Shown: piece after piece, positions 50,655 to 61,000 of the stretch
How the letters are laid out: the number at the start of each line of letters is the position of its first letter
Position numbering within the stretch: position 1 is the first letter of the stretch
DNA from: an uncultured Verrucomicrobiae bacterium
GTDB lineage: Bacteria > Verrucomicrobiota > Verrucomicrobiia > Chthoniobacterales > UBA10450
DNA: 64,000 nucleotides
Assembly (NCBI GenBank): GCA_963735805.1
Contig: CAVTMK010000002.1
Coordinates: forward strand, 928,001-992,000
Direction of reading: 5' to 3'
Notes under the pieces: model-generated
What the model saw: only the letters and a program-made list of their open reading frames with translations
What the model was told of the DNA's origin: nothing
Databases searched by the model: none
Program-made: the position numbers and the translations under genes

Positions 50655-51482
50655 ATGCTGCGCATCGGTTGCGTAAAATATCTCAACGCCCGTCCGCTCA
50701 TCCGAGGCTGGAACGGCGAGGTGGACTTCGATCATCCATCGGCACTTTGCAATAAACTTGCCGCAGGCAAGCTAGATGTTGCACTCGTCTCCAGTTTCGA
50801 ATTTCTGCGTAACCCTATTTATCGGATCGTTAACGGCGTTTCCATTTCATCGGATGGCCCGGTGTACAGCGTAGTTGTCGCGTACCGCGGCGAGATCTCC
50901 AACATCGCAGGTATCGAACTCGATCCGGCATCAGAAACGTCTGCTAATCTCTTACGTAGTTTGCTTGCAGAGCTCGGATTGAGTCCGCATTTGGTTCAAG
51001 GGAATGCTCCGAAAGTTTTTGGGGCAAAACACAGCGCACGATTGTTGATCGGCGATCAAGCCATTCGCTTTCGACAGCAGTACGCCAATGAATTTTCGTT
51101 CTGGGACCTTGGCGAAGAATGGCTGAAACTGTTCAATATTCCGTTTGTTTACGCGCTCTGGCTTATTCGTCCCGAAGTCGACGATCCAGAACAAATCGCA
51201 GATTGCCTACGCAATCTGCGCGATGAAAACCTAGCCAATTTCGACGACCTAGTCAGAGAAGTTGTGACCGGGGCCGGCTTGTCCCATCGCAGCTCAAAAG
51301 CGAAGGCGGACGACCCCGGTCGGCGAACAGGGCTGAATCGACAATTCTTTTTTCACTATTATCACGAACATCTTCGATTTGGCTTTGGCGAAAGGGAAAA
51401 GGAAGGGTTGCGAACCTTTGCCAAATTGTGCACAAGGCAAGACCTGATTCCAAAGCGCGATCTCACATTCCGTGTTGCTTAG
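50655..51482 (+). CDS. mqnA: Chorismate dehydratase (futalosine pathway)
   Basis: IGCVKYLNARPL, GPVYSV, LLIGDQA, DLGEEW, PFVYALW. Confidence 0.88.
   Translation: MLRIGCVKYLNARPLIRGWNGEVDFDHPSALCNKLAAGKLDVALVSSFEFLRNPIYRIVNGVSISSDGPVYSVVVAYRGEISNIAGIELDPASETSANLLRSLLAELGLSPHLVQGNAPKVFGAKHSARLLIGDQAIRFRQQYANEFSFWDLGEEWLKLFNIPFVYALWLIRPEVDDPEQIADCLRNLRDENLANFDDLVREVVTGAGLSHRSSKAKADDPGRRTGLNRQFFFHYYHEHLRFGFGEREKEGLRTFAKLCTRQDLIPKRDLTFRVA
51266..51321. repeat. Nested palindromic elements in frame inside mqnA
   Basis: Outer IR GACCGGGG/CCCCGGTC encloses the 33-nt CTTGTCCCATCGCAGCTCAAAAGCGAAGGCGGA. Confidence 0.65.
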
Positions 51483-51646
51483 CGAGTGATAGGACTATCG
51501 CTTTGCTCACCTAGACGGGGAACGACCTGTCAAAGCTGCCCCGAACCGAATCGGCAGCTCCATGATTTTCGCACGAAGCGCTTCTGGAGGGCGATTCCGC
51601 TACTCCCTGCAGCTTGTAAGAAACTTTTCCGCGAATAAACTGATCG

Positions 51647-53482
51647 GTGCAAAGCCGAGCTGATACCAAGGGGCCCGCGAGCCCTGCGCGTCAAAGTCGC
51701 CGGACGGAGGGAAATTCAATTAGCGGACCGCCGCTTGGAAAATCTAACCGGCCGCAAAGTCGCTGGATAATCGCACAGCCTGAAGAGGTCGATGCCGACC
51801 AGTCAGCAATTTCGTGGAGCGGAATTTGCGGATCGGAATGCATTGCGCGATTGCTTTTGCGAAAAGGGTTTCGCAGCGCCGAAGAGGTGAACTCATTCCT
51901 TCGGCCGCGGCTCAGCTCGTTGAGCGATCCATTTCTGCTGCCCCAGATGGACGCCGCAGTTGGCCGCATCCTAGCGGCCGTGGATCGACAGGAAAGCATC
52001 GTGCTCTTTGGCGACTATGATGTGGATGGCGTGACATCACTGGCATTGCTTGCGGAGATGTTGCGCGCTTACGGCGCAGCTCCCGAATTGTTCTTGCCCT
52101 CGCGTATGGAAGAGGGCTACGGCTTGAGTGCCGAAAGCGTCGAGCGTTGTTTCGGGCAATATAGGCCCGAGCTGCTTATCGCTGTCGATTGCGGAACCTC
52201 ATCTCTAAAAGAAATAGCCGATCTACGCAAACGCGGAGCCGATGTGATCGTCCTCGATCACCATGAGCCGAAATCTGCATTGCCCGAATGTGTTGCGATC
52301 GTAAATCCGAAAACAAGCGATCCGGGCTTCGAGTATCTCTGTAGCGTTGGAATCGTCTTCAAACTTTGCCATGCATTGCTAAAAACATGCCCATTGCCTG
52401 ATTTCGATTTGAAATCGAAGCTCGACCTTGTGGCGCTCGGCACCGTGGCGGACATCGTGCCGCTTCGTGGCGAGAATCGTGTTTTGGTACAACGCGGTGG
52501 GATCGAGATCGCACACACTTCACGTATCGGGCTCAGGAAATTAATGCAGGTTGCCGGAGTACGGCCGCCAATTTTGCCCGAGGACATTGGCTACCGACTT
52601 GGCCCGCGATTGAACGCGGCAGGACGTTTGAGCACAGCAGAGAAATCCTTGCGGCTATTGCTCACTCACGATGACGGCGAGGCAACGTTGCTTGCGGCAG
52701 AGCTGGACCAACAGAATCGCGAACGCCAGGAAGTGGAAAAACAAATTTTTGCGGCAGCTATAGAGAAGATAGAAGGTCGGCTCGATGGGGAGGGCGACGC
52801 CGCCATCGTCGTTGGCGCACGCGGCTGGCATCCGGGAGTGCTTGGCATCGTAGCATCGCGAATCGCGCGAAGGTATCATCGCCCCACCGTTGTTATCGGT
52901 TTTGACGAGAACGGAGTCGGTAAAGGAAGCGGACGAAGTATCGAGGGGTTGAATCTGGTCGAAGCGTTGGGTTACTGCGCGGAGAGAATCGACAAATTCG
53001 GCGGACACGAAATGGCAGCTGGTCTTGCATTACGCGAGTCGAATTTCGACCTCTTTGCTGAAGAATTTCGCAAAGCTGCGCGTGAGCTTCTTTCCGACGA
53101 AGCGTTGCAACCTTGCGTGCGGCTGGACCACGAACTGGCGTTCACACAGATCGATTTGGATTTTCTGCGCTGGCACGAGATGCTACAGCCGTTTGGAAAT
53201 GGAAATCCCCAGCCGCTTTTTCTTGCACGCGAAGTCGAGCCGGTCGCTCCGCCGCGCGTGGTGAACAACAAGCATCTCATTCTTCGCTTGCGTCAGGGCG
53301 CTCGACATCGTCGCGCGGTCTATTTTGACGGAGTGCCAAATCAACTGCCGCCAACGCCCTGGGACATTGCATTTCGGATTCACGCTGACGAATATGGAGG
53401 CGAAACCCTGATCGCGATGCACATCGAAGCGGTGCGGGCGGCTGAACGTCACGCTCGTGAACAATCATCCTTCAGAAGGTGA
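51647..53482 (+). CDS. recJ: Single-stranded DNA exonuclease RecJ (start uncertain)
   Basis: GDYDVDG, VDCG, DHH, GTVAD, PRLNAAGR, GSGRS, GGHEMAAG. Confidence 0.96.
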   Translation: MQSRADTKGPASPARQSRRTEGNSISGPPLGKSNRPQSRWIIAQPEEVDADQSAISWSGICGSECIARLLLRKGFRSAEEVNSFLRPRLSSLSDPFLLPQMDAAVGRILAAVDRQESIVLFGDYDVDGVTSLALLAEMLRAYGAAPELFLPSRMEEGYGLSAESVERCFGQYRPELLIAVDCGTSSLKEIADLRKRGADVIVLDHHEPKSALPECVAIVNPKTSDPGFEYLCSVGIVFKLCHALLKTCPLPDFDLKSKLDLVALGTVADIVPLRGENRVLVQRGGIEIAHTSRIGLRKLMQVAGVRPPILPEDIGYRLGPRLNAAGRLSTAEKSLRLLLTHDDGEATLLAAELDQQNRERQEVEKQIFAAAIEKIEGRLDGEGDAAIVVGARGWHPGVLGIVASRIARRYHRPTVVIGFDENGVGKGSGRSIEGLNLVEALGYCAERIDKFGGHEMAAGLALRESNFDLFAEEFRKAARELLSDEALQPCVRLDHELAFTQIDLDFLRWHEMLQPFGNGNPQPLFLAREVEPVAPPRVVNNKHLILRLRQGARHRRAVYFDGVPNQLPPTPWDIAFRIHADEYGGETLIAMHIEAVRAAERHAREQSSFRR

Positions 53483-55641
53483 AGAGCGCGAAACTATCTA
53501 AGCCCTTACCGGTCACAGATTACAGATCGCGAATGCCAGTGAAACCGTCGGCTAATAGAGTTACGCTTTCCCAGTCGCTGGAAGAATTGAATTGGATTCC
53601 ACGTCCGAAGCTTCTCGCTCTCCGGCGGCTTGGTATCGAAACCGTGGCAGATTTGCTTACCCATTTTCCTCGGCGTCATGAAGAGCGGACGGAATTCCCG
53701 AAATTTCCACGCGAAGAGAGCGATGTCCCGATCTGTCTTTGCGGCGAGGTGGTCAAGACATCGGTGAGACGTTTCGGCGGCTGGAAGAAAATTTTCGAGG
53801 CCACGTTGCAGGAATCGGACCCAAACGCGCTCAGCGAACCGCTGGTGTGCCGATGGTTCAATCTGCATTACGTGCAGAAAATGATCGCTACCGGTCATCG
53901 TATGGTCGTTTTTGGCAAGCCGCGTTTGCGCGGAAAACGAATTTGCATGGACCATCCGGAGTTCGAAGTGATCGAGAATGATGAGGAAATCTCGATACAT
54001 TTTCGCAGAATCACGCCGATTTATCCTGCGACGGAAGGCCTTTCGCAGCGCGTTTTGCGCAGCGTGATTTACCGTCTGTTGAACGAAATTTCCCGGGCGG
54101 ATGCCGGATTAAAAACATTGGCGCCAAGCAATCTCGTTTGTGGCCAGCGAGGCGACGCTATTCGCGCTATCCATTTCCCGGATAGCTGGGACGCGCGTAA
54201 CTCCGCGTACCAACATTTGGTGCTCACTGAATTCTTCACGATGCAAATGCTTATCGCGTCGCGTCGCGCGGACGCCTCAATTCGACTGGGCGAGAAACAT
54301 TGTGGGACTGGGGTGCTACTCGATAAGTTTCTTAAGTCGTTACCGTTCGAGTTAACTGCTGCGCAATCTAAAGTGATTGGTGAAATCGGGCACGACTTGG
54401 CGGCGAGTCGTCCAATGAATCGTTTGTTACAGGGCGACGTTGGATCGGGCAAAACCGTCGTCGCCATCGCAGCAATGCTGCTCGCCGTCGAAGGCGGCTA
54501 TCAAGCCGCGTTCATGGCGCCTACTCAAATCCTGGCGGAGCAACATTATGATGTTTTGTGCCGTTGGCTCGAGCGGCTGGGCGTACGCATGGCTCTGCGG
54601 ACAGCTGCGCGACAGGAAGAGAGCGGTCCGCTGCCACTATTTGAGAGTCCAGAGGATTCTGCCCGTGAGGAACTCCAGATCATTGTCGGAACGCACGCGC
54701 TCCTGTATGACAAAGTGTCCTTTTCAAATCTCGGCCTCGTTGTGATCGATGAGCAGCATAAATTTGGGGTTGCACAACGCGCCCAATTGACCGTGCGCGA
54801 ACCTGCGCCCGACGTGCTGGTGATGACTGCCACCCCTATCCCGCGCACGCTGACAATGACCATTTACGGCGACCTCGATGTCTCGACCATCGACGAGATG
54901 CCACGTAACCGCGGAAAAATCGTTACGGCTGTCCGCGATGAGTCGAAGCTTGGCGAGGTGCTAGCCTTTTTGCGAACACAATTGGAAGCGGGGCGCCAGC
55001 TGTATGTGATTTATCCGTTAATCGATGAAAGCGAAAAACTTGATGCGAAAGCCGCCGCAGCGGAGTACGAATTATGGCGGGAACGCTTGCATCCGTTTTG
55101 CTGCGACCTGCTCCACGGTCGAATTCCGGCGCCGGAGAAACAGGAGATCATGCAACGTTTCCGACGTGGCGAGACAAACGCGTTGATCAGCACAACTGTG
55201 CTCGAGGTTGGTGTGGATGTTCCGAATGCTACCATGATGCTCATTGAAAACGCGGAACGCTTCGGGCTTGCGCAATTGCATCAACTCCGTGGACGCGTCG
55301 GCCGCGGGGAACACAAATCATATTGCATTTTGCTCACGTCGCCCTCAGCAAAGGAGGTCGCCGCGAAGCTAACAGTCTTAGAAAACACAAACGACGGCTT
55401 CGAAGTGGCGGAAGCCGACTGGGAGTTGCGTGGTCCGGGCGATCTACTTGGCACGGCTCAAAGCGGCCTGCCTGCACTTAAGATCGGTAACTTAAAGAAA
55501 GATGCGCATTTGATGCGACGCGCGCGCACGGTCGCGGTCTCAATTTTGGAGCGGGACCCGCGTTTGGAATTGCCTGATAATCAACGTTTCCGACGTTTAA
55601 TTGTCGAACAACAGGGACGAACTTTTTCCAACATTAGTTAA
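53479..55641 (+). CDS. recG: ATP-dependent DNA helicase RecG
   Basis: RLLQGDVGSGKT, DEQHKFG, MTATPIPRTL, QLHQLRGRVGRG. Confidence 0.96.
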   Translation: MKSAKLSKPLPVTDYRSRMPVKPSANRVTLSQSLEELNWIPRPKLLALRRLGIETVADLLTHFPRRHEERTEFPKFPREESDVPICLCGEVVKTSVRRFGGWKKIFEATLQESDPNALSEPLVCRWFNLHYVQKMIATGHRMVVFGKPRLRGKRICMDHPEFEVIENDEEISIHFRRITPIYPATEGLSQRVLRSVIYRLLNEISRADAGLKTLAPSNLVCGQRGDAIRAIHFPDSWDARNSAYQHLVLTEFFTMQMLIASRRADASIRLGEKHCGTGVLLDKFLKSLPFELTAAQSKVIGEIGHDLAASRPMNRLLQGDVGSGKTVVAIAAMLLAVEGGYQAAFMAPTQILAEQHYDVLCRWLERLGVRMALRTAARQEESGPLPLFESPEDSAREELQIIVGTHALLYDKVSFSNLGLVVIDEQHKFGVAQRAQLTVREPAPDVLVMTATPIPRTLTMTIYGDLDVSTIDEMPRNRGKIVTAVRDESKLGEVLAFLRTQLEAGRQLYVIYPLIDESEKLDAKAAAAEYELWRERLHPFCCDLLHGRIPAPEKQEIMQRFRRGETNALISTTVLEVGVDVPNATMMLIENAERFGLAQLHQLRGRVGRGEHKSYCILLTSPSAKEVAAKLTVLENTNDGFEVAEADWELRGPGDLLGTAQSGLPALKIGNLKKDAHLMRRARTVAVSILERDPRLELPDNQRFRRLIVEQQGRTFSNIS

Positions 55642-57180
55642 TGAAAAATTTTGCGAAATTTTTGCTTTTTGTTTTGCTGGTCAGTGCGGGAATTTCCTTG
55701 TTGTACGACTATCGCCTCAAGCATGGCGACCTGAATCTGTCTTCCGTCCGAAAACCGGAAAAGTACACGCTGGCATCGAAGCCGAGCGTAGATCTAAAGC
55801 AGGTTCCATCACTCGAAGCATTGAACAGGGAGCGGCGTGAACTCGTTAGCAGCGTGCTCCCTTCGGTCGTTGCCATAAAGACGTCGAAAAGGGTTGCTGT
55901 CCAGCGCCAGTATGGGCTTGACCCGTTTGAGTTTTTTTTCGGTAACCAGCGACGGTTTCGCCAGCCGCCCGGTGAGACTCTGGTCCAAAATTCCCTCGGC
56001 TCCGGTGTCATTGTAACAAACGAAGGCCACATCATCACAAACACCCATGTGGTTACCGACGGGGAAGGCAATCAGGTTGATCAAATTGAGGTGCAACTGA
56101 GCGATGGTCGCACAAAAAAGGCCACCTTAGTCGGGTCGGATTCTCAAATGGATTTGGCAGTGCTCAAGATTGACAATCCAGGCGTGAACCCACTCAAACT
56201 TGCCGACTCGGACACGGTGCAGCCTGGCGATTTTGTTCTGGCCATCGGCAATCCATTTGGTCTTCAAGAAACGGTGACGGATGGAATCATTAGCTGGAAG
56301 GGACAACCGAATAGTACGGATTTTCGGGGCGATCTGCTCCAGACCAACGCGGCAATCAATCCGGGAAACAGCGGTGGGCCGTTGATCAACTTGCGTGGGG
56401 AAGTTGTCGGTATCAACGAACAAATCGTTTCCCGCAGTGGCGGTTCAGAAGGAATTGGTTTTGCGATTCCATCTAATACCGTTCGTACGGGTACTCGAAA
56501 GCGTGCTAAAGCACGGTCGTGTAATTCGCGGTTACCTGGGAATCGTAAGTCGCGCGCTGCAATCAAGTCAACAGAACGCGACCGACAGCGAAGGAGTAGT
56601 TGTCGATGAAGTAATGCCGGGGTCGCCGGCTGCGCAGGCGAAACTGCAGCCAGGCGATGTCGTTCGCAAGTTTAACGGACACGATGTCGAAAACATCATG
56701 ACGCTGCGGAAAATGGTCGGACAAGCCGAATTGGACAAAAACGTTGAACTGGAAGTCGTGCGTGACGGCAAGCCGTTGAAGGTCACAACGCAAATCAAGG
56801 AGCAACCGATCGATTCTCAAAGCGCCGGCGTTTCCCCTCGACGGGGCCAACCACAGCCCCAACAACCGCGACAGCCAAACGATCAGGAAACGAATGGCAG
56901 TCCCCTTGCGTCAATTCACGTTGAAGAGCTGACTCCACAAATCGCGCGCCAGCTCGATCTGCCTGACAATGTGCGAGGCGTAGTGGTGACCGGCGTTGAT
57001 CCAGATAGCGGCGCGGCGGAATTGCGGCAAGGGGATGTGATCGAAGAAATCCATCAGCAACCGGTCACATCAGTTGCCGACTACAACAAAATTGCTGCCT
57101 CGCTCGATCCCAGCCAACCGCAGGTACTGTCAGTGTGTCGTCACCGGACGCGCTCGTTCATGGTTCTGCGCCCGCAGTAG
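55641..57180 (+). pseudogene. htrA: HtrA/DegP/DegQ serine protease (trypsin + 2 PDZ), split by a +1 frameshift at 56489-56491 (real or sequencing error)
   Basis: TNTHVV, DLAVLK and NPGNSGGPL lie in the first frame; LESVLKHGRVIRGYLG and the PDZ domains in the next. Removing one G restores SNTVRTVLESVLKHG. Confidence 0.85.
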
Positions 57181-57212
57181 GGTCGGTGCGCTGCGCGCCT
57201 TCCCTGTCAAAT

Positions 57213-57884
57213 TTAGCACGCGATCGCATGACGCCGGCAAACGCCAGAGAGCATTTCCCAAAGCGCGTCGAGAACGCGGTTCACTGAGGCTTTCACTGAT
57301 TCGAAATTTCGGGTGTCGATATAACGGCTCAACATTTCTCGTTCGGTGGCAGAATGCTCGCGGTCCGCCTCGATGTGAACGGTGAAATATTCGTAATCCT
57401 CCGGATTCTCGAACCCGTAGTATTTTTTGAGTCCGTCGATCTTCGATTCACAGATTGCCGGAATCTGGCTTTCATAGGCGTAAAGGGTCGCAAGACCTTC
57501 TGCCGTTGATCCGTTGCCACAAACTGAGCGGAATGCGTCGATCAAGTTTTTGGTCTCCGGTTGTTTCTCGGCCCCCGCGAGATCGACGTCTTCGACGGAG
57601 AGACCCCGCGCAAATTGCTTCCAAAGCTCGGGATGATTCGGCGAGCTCGCTTCTTCATCCATCAAATTATTGAGCAATTGTTTGCGCGCGACCTGATCAT
57701 CGCAGTTCGCGTGAACCGCCGATAAATAGGTCGGAAACGCCGCGACATGATGATAGTACTGCTTTGCATAATCCGCCAGCGCCTCCTTGCTCAGCTCACC
57801 GCGTGCCCATGCGAGATAAAACGGATGTTTTAACAGATGCTTTTCTGTGATGTTTTTGTCGATTTGGTCGAGATATTGATTCAT
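57213..57884 (-). CDS. CADD-family (PqqC/heme-oxygenase-like dimetal) protein, putative self-sacrificing pABA synthase
   Basis: HLLKHPFYLAW, YAKQYY, NLMDEE..NHPELW, YAYESQIP, KIDGL, YFTVHIEADREH. Confidence 0.85.
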   Translation of the reverse strand: MNQYLDQIDKNITEKHLLKHPFYLAWARGELSKEALADYAKQYYHHVAAFPTYLSAVHANCDDQVARKQLLNNLMDEEASSPNHPELWKQFARGLSVEDVDLAGAEKQPETKNLIDAFRSVCGNGSTAEGLATLYAYESQIPAICESKIDGLKKYYGFENPEDYEYFTVHIEADREHSATEREMLSRYIDTRNFESVKASVNRVLDALWEMLSGVCRRHAIAC

Positions 57885-58042
57885 AAGCCGTCTTGCAACT
57901 TAGGCGTTATACATTCGTAATCAAAACTGGCAAATCACGAATCTTTCACCCTTCACGATTTACTTTTGATTCAGACCGAAAAGATCGACGTCGCATGAGC
58001 AAAGAAACGCCGGGAGAATAAGTGGCGGAACCCGAACAAATC

Positions 58043-61000
58043 TCACACCGATTTTAAAATGTGTTTGATACCGCGGACGGGGATCACGACCCAGCTGGGA
58101 CGATTGTTTAGCTCGTAGCCAATTTCGTAAACGGCTTTGTCGAGCAAATAGGCCTCAAGCATGATTTGAAGATCTTCGGTGTTTTCGGGGATGAACACGG
58201 CGCTGCCTGTTGTTTTCAAATAGCTCCGCAGAAAGACGCTGCCCAGTTGGCGATACCAAAAATCGGCCCAGCGTTCCAGGAACGGGACGTCTTCTTTACG
58301 CATGGCCGGTTGCCAAAGAGCGCTGTAGGCGGCGTATTGAAACGAGCGCATCATGCCCGCCACATCACGCAGCGCGGAGCGTTTCAGTTTACGTTCGCTA
58401 AGCGGCCGCGCCGGTTCGCCCTCGAAGTCGAGAATGACGAAGTCTTTTCCGGTGTAAAGCAGCTGACCAAGATGATAATCGCCATGAATGCGGATTTTGG
58501 CGGCATTGGTGTGACGATCGACCAGCCGCTTCTCACGTGCGAGGATCTCCTGTTCTGCACCGAGCACTTCCTTTGCCTCGTCGCGGAAGGCCGCGGGGAG
58601 ATCGGGTAATTTTTTTTCTAAGAGAATAAATGCACGCCGCAGCGACGCTCGCATGTTTTGGTAAACGGAGCGTTGTGCCATGGCGTTGAATGGTTCCGGC
58701 CGAAAAGCCGGATCCTCTGGGTACGATGCAAGGGCGAGATGCAGTTCGCCCGTGCGTTGTCCGAGCAGCTTTATTTTTTCCGGATAAACGCCGCCGATCA
58801 GCTCATCGAGCAGCGCGCCGGGAGGTGTGATTTCATTTTGAAGATCGGCTTTCCGCGCGAGGACCCGTTCGTAATAACGGCCCACCGCGTCCAGCGTTAG
58901 CGTCCAACCGTCCCCTTCATTCACGACGGCACTTTGAAGCAAGCACACGACGGTCGGTTCTGTTTTCGATCGACGGTATTCGATTGCACCGACAAATGCC
59001 GGCACATTTGGAAAGCTCGTATGCTCCGTGAGAAACCGGTTTATTTCTACATCGGGGTTAACACCATCCTCGATCTTGCGATAGAGTTTCAGAAAGAATT
59101 TGTTATCAAAGAGCATTGAGGAGTTACTCTGTTCCGCACTCAGTACCTGCGAATTCTCTGGGTTCGTGGATTGATCAGCTTCAAAAGCCTTCGCAGTGAT
59201 GCCCACAAGCTCGCCCGCACGGGCTTTCATGCTCTGACGCCTCACGATTGCCTCAAATAACCGCGAACGGCATTTTGCGTCCCAAGTTGCATCAAACAGG
59301 ATGTTTTCTCCGTTATCCCCGGAACGCGCAATGATTGCGTGCGGTGCGGCTTGAGAAACGGCACGGGCGGCCTCGCCCGAAGCGCTCTTCACCGGAAGAA
59401 CGTATGTCTCAGTAGGTGCATCGAGATAATTCACCTCAACGAACCAAAGTTGGGCACTATTGGCATCGTCCGAGATCGCAGGCTGCTCAACGACCTTCAA
59501 ATCGCGAAAAGTTCGCGCCTTCGAACCGAACCAGCGGCAGGTCTGGAGATATCTGGGCAAGATTTCGCGTTCGATTACGGCGCGTTGACCATTGGCGAGC
59601 AATGTTGCCAGTTCCATCGGCCCATTGATCACCGGCACAGCTTTCTTTCTTGGCGCGCGGCGTCCATCCGTCGGTGCTTGGAGGGCGAACCAGTAGTAGG
59701 CATGCGGGCCAAGCGTGATGACGTAACGGGATTTTCTAATTGGCCGAAAGAGATTACGGCTAAAAACTTCCATCGGTACATAACTTGTGAAGCGCGAAAG
59801 ATCCAATTCTGCCGATTGCGCAAAGCGCGAGAGATTCACTATCACCAGAATAATTTCGTCTTCGTACCGGCGAAGAAAGGCGAGGACTTTCGGGTTGTCC
59901 GGATATAGAAACTCAAGTGAACCGCGCGAGAAGGCCTTGAAATTTTTCCGCATGGCAATGACTCGTCGCGTCCACCAGAGCAGTGACGACAGATTTTTCT
60001 GCTGATTCTCTACGTTGACCGCTTCGTAGTGATATTCCGGATCGATCGTGATCGGAAGATAAAGCTGCTGTGGATTTGCTCTTGAAAAACCGGCGTTACG
60101 GTCCGAGCTCCACTGCATCGGTGTGCGGCAGCCGTTGCGATCGCCGAGATAGAAATTGTCGCCCATGCCAATCTCATCGCCGTAGTAAATGATCGGGGTG
60201 CCGGGCATTGAGAATAGAAGTGTATTAAGCAGCTCGATTTTGCGACGGCTGTTTGCCAGCAATGGAGCGAGACGCCGGCGAATCCCAAGGTTAATACGGG
60301 CGTGCGGGTCGGTAGCGTAAACGCGATACATGTAGTCGCGTTCCTCATCCGTAACCATTTCCAGTGTCAGCTCGTCATGGTTGCGCAGAAACATCGCCCA
60401 CTGACAACCTTCAGGAACTGACGGAGTTTGTTCAAGAATGTCGATGATGGGGAAGCGGTCCTCCATCTGCAGCGCCATGAACATGCGGGGCATGAGCGGA
60501 AAGTGAAAATTCATGTGCGATTCGTCGCCTTTGCCAAAGTAAGCGACAGCGTCTTCTGGCCATTGATTGGCTTCCGAGAGAAGCATTCGATTCGGAAATT
60601 TCGCGTCGACATGGGCGCGAAGCTTGCGGAGATATTCGTGGGTCTCGGGCAGATTCTCGCAGCTCGTATTTTCCCGTTCGTAAAGGTAGGGGATGGCGTC
60701 GAGACGAAGTCCATCGACGCCCAGACCCAGCCAGAAGTCGCAGACCTTCTCTACCGCTTCGTGCACGGCCGGGTTATCAAAGTTCAGGTCCGGCTGATGT
60801 GAATAAAAGCGATGCCAGTAATAAGCCTTCGCGACAGGGTCCCATGCCCAGTTCGACGTCTCGAAATCTTTGAAAATGATCCGCGCATCTTTGTATTTTT
60901 CCGGGGTATCGCTCCAGACATAGAAATGTTTGTAAGCAGTATCGTTGCTCGAGCCGCCGGCGCCAGCCGCTGTAACAGCGCGGCGTGATTTTTGAAACCA

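Noticed and set aside
56395..56609. Programmed ribosomal frameshift in htrA
   Set aside because: No recognisable slippery heptamer or stimulatory structure; an error or point mutation is simpler.
60940..60985. Another REP-derived insert in TreS (AVTAAGAGGSSND)
   Set aside because: The loop looks slightly long but is too degenerate to assign to a repeat family by eye.
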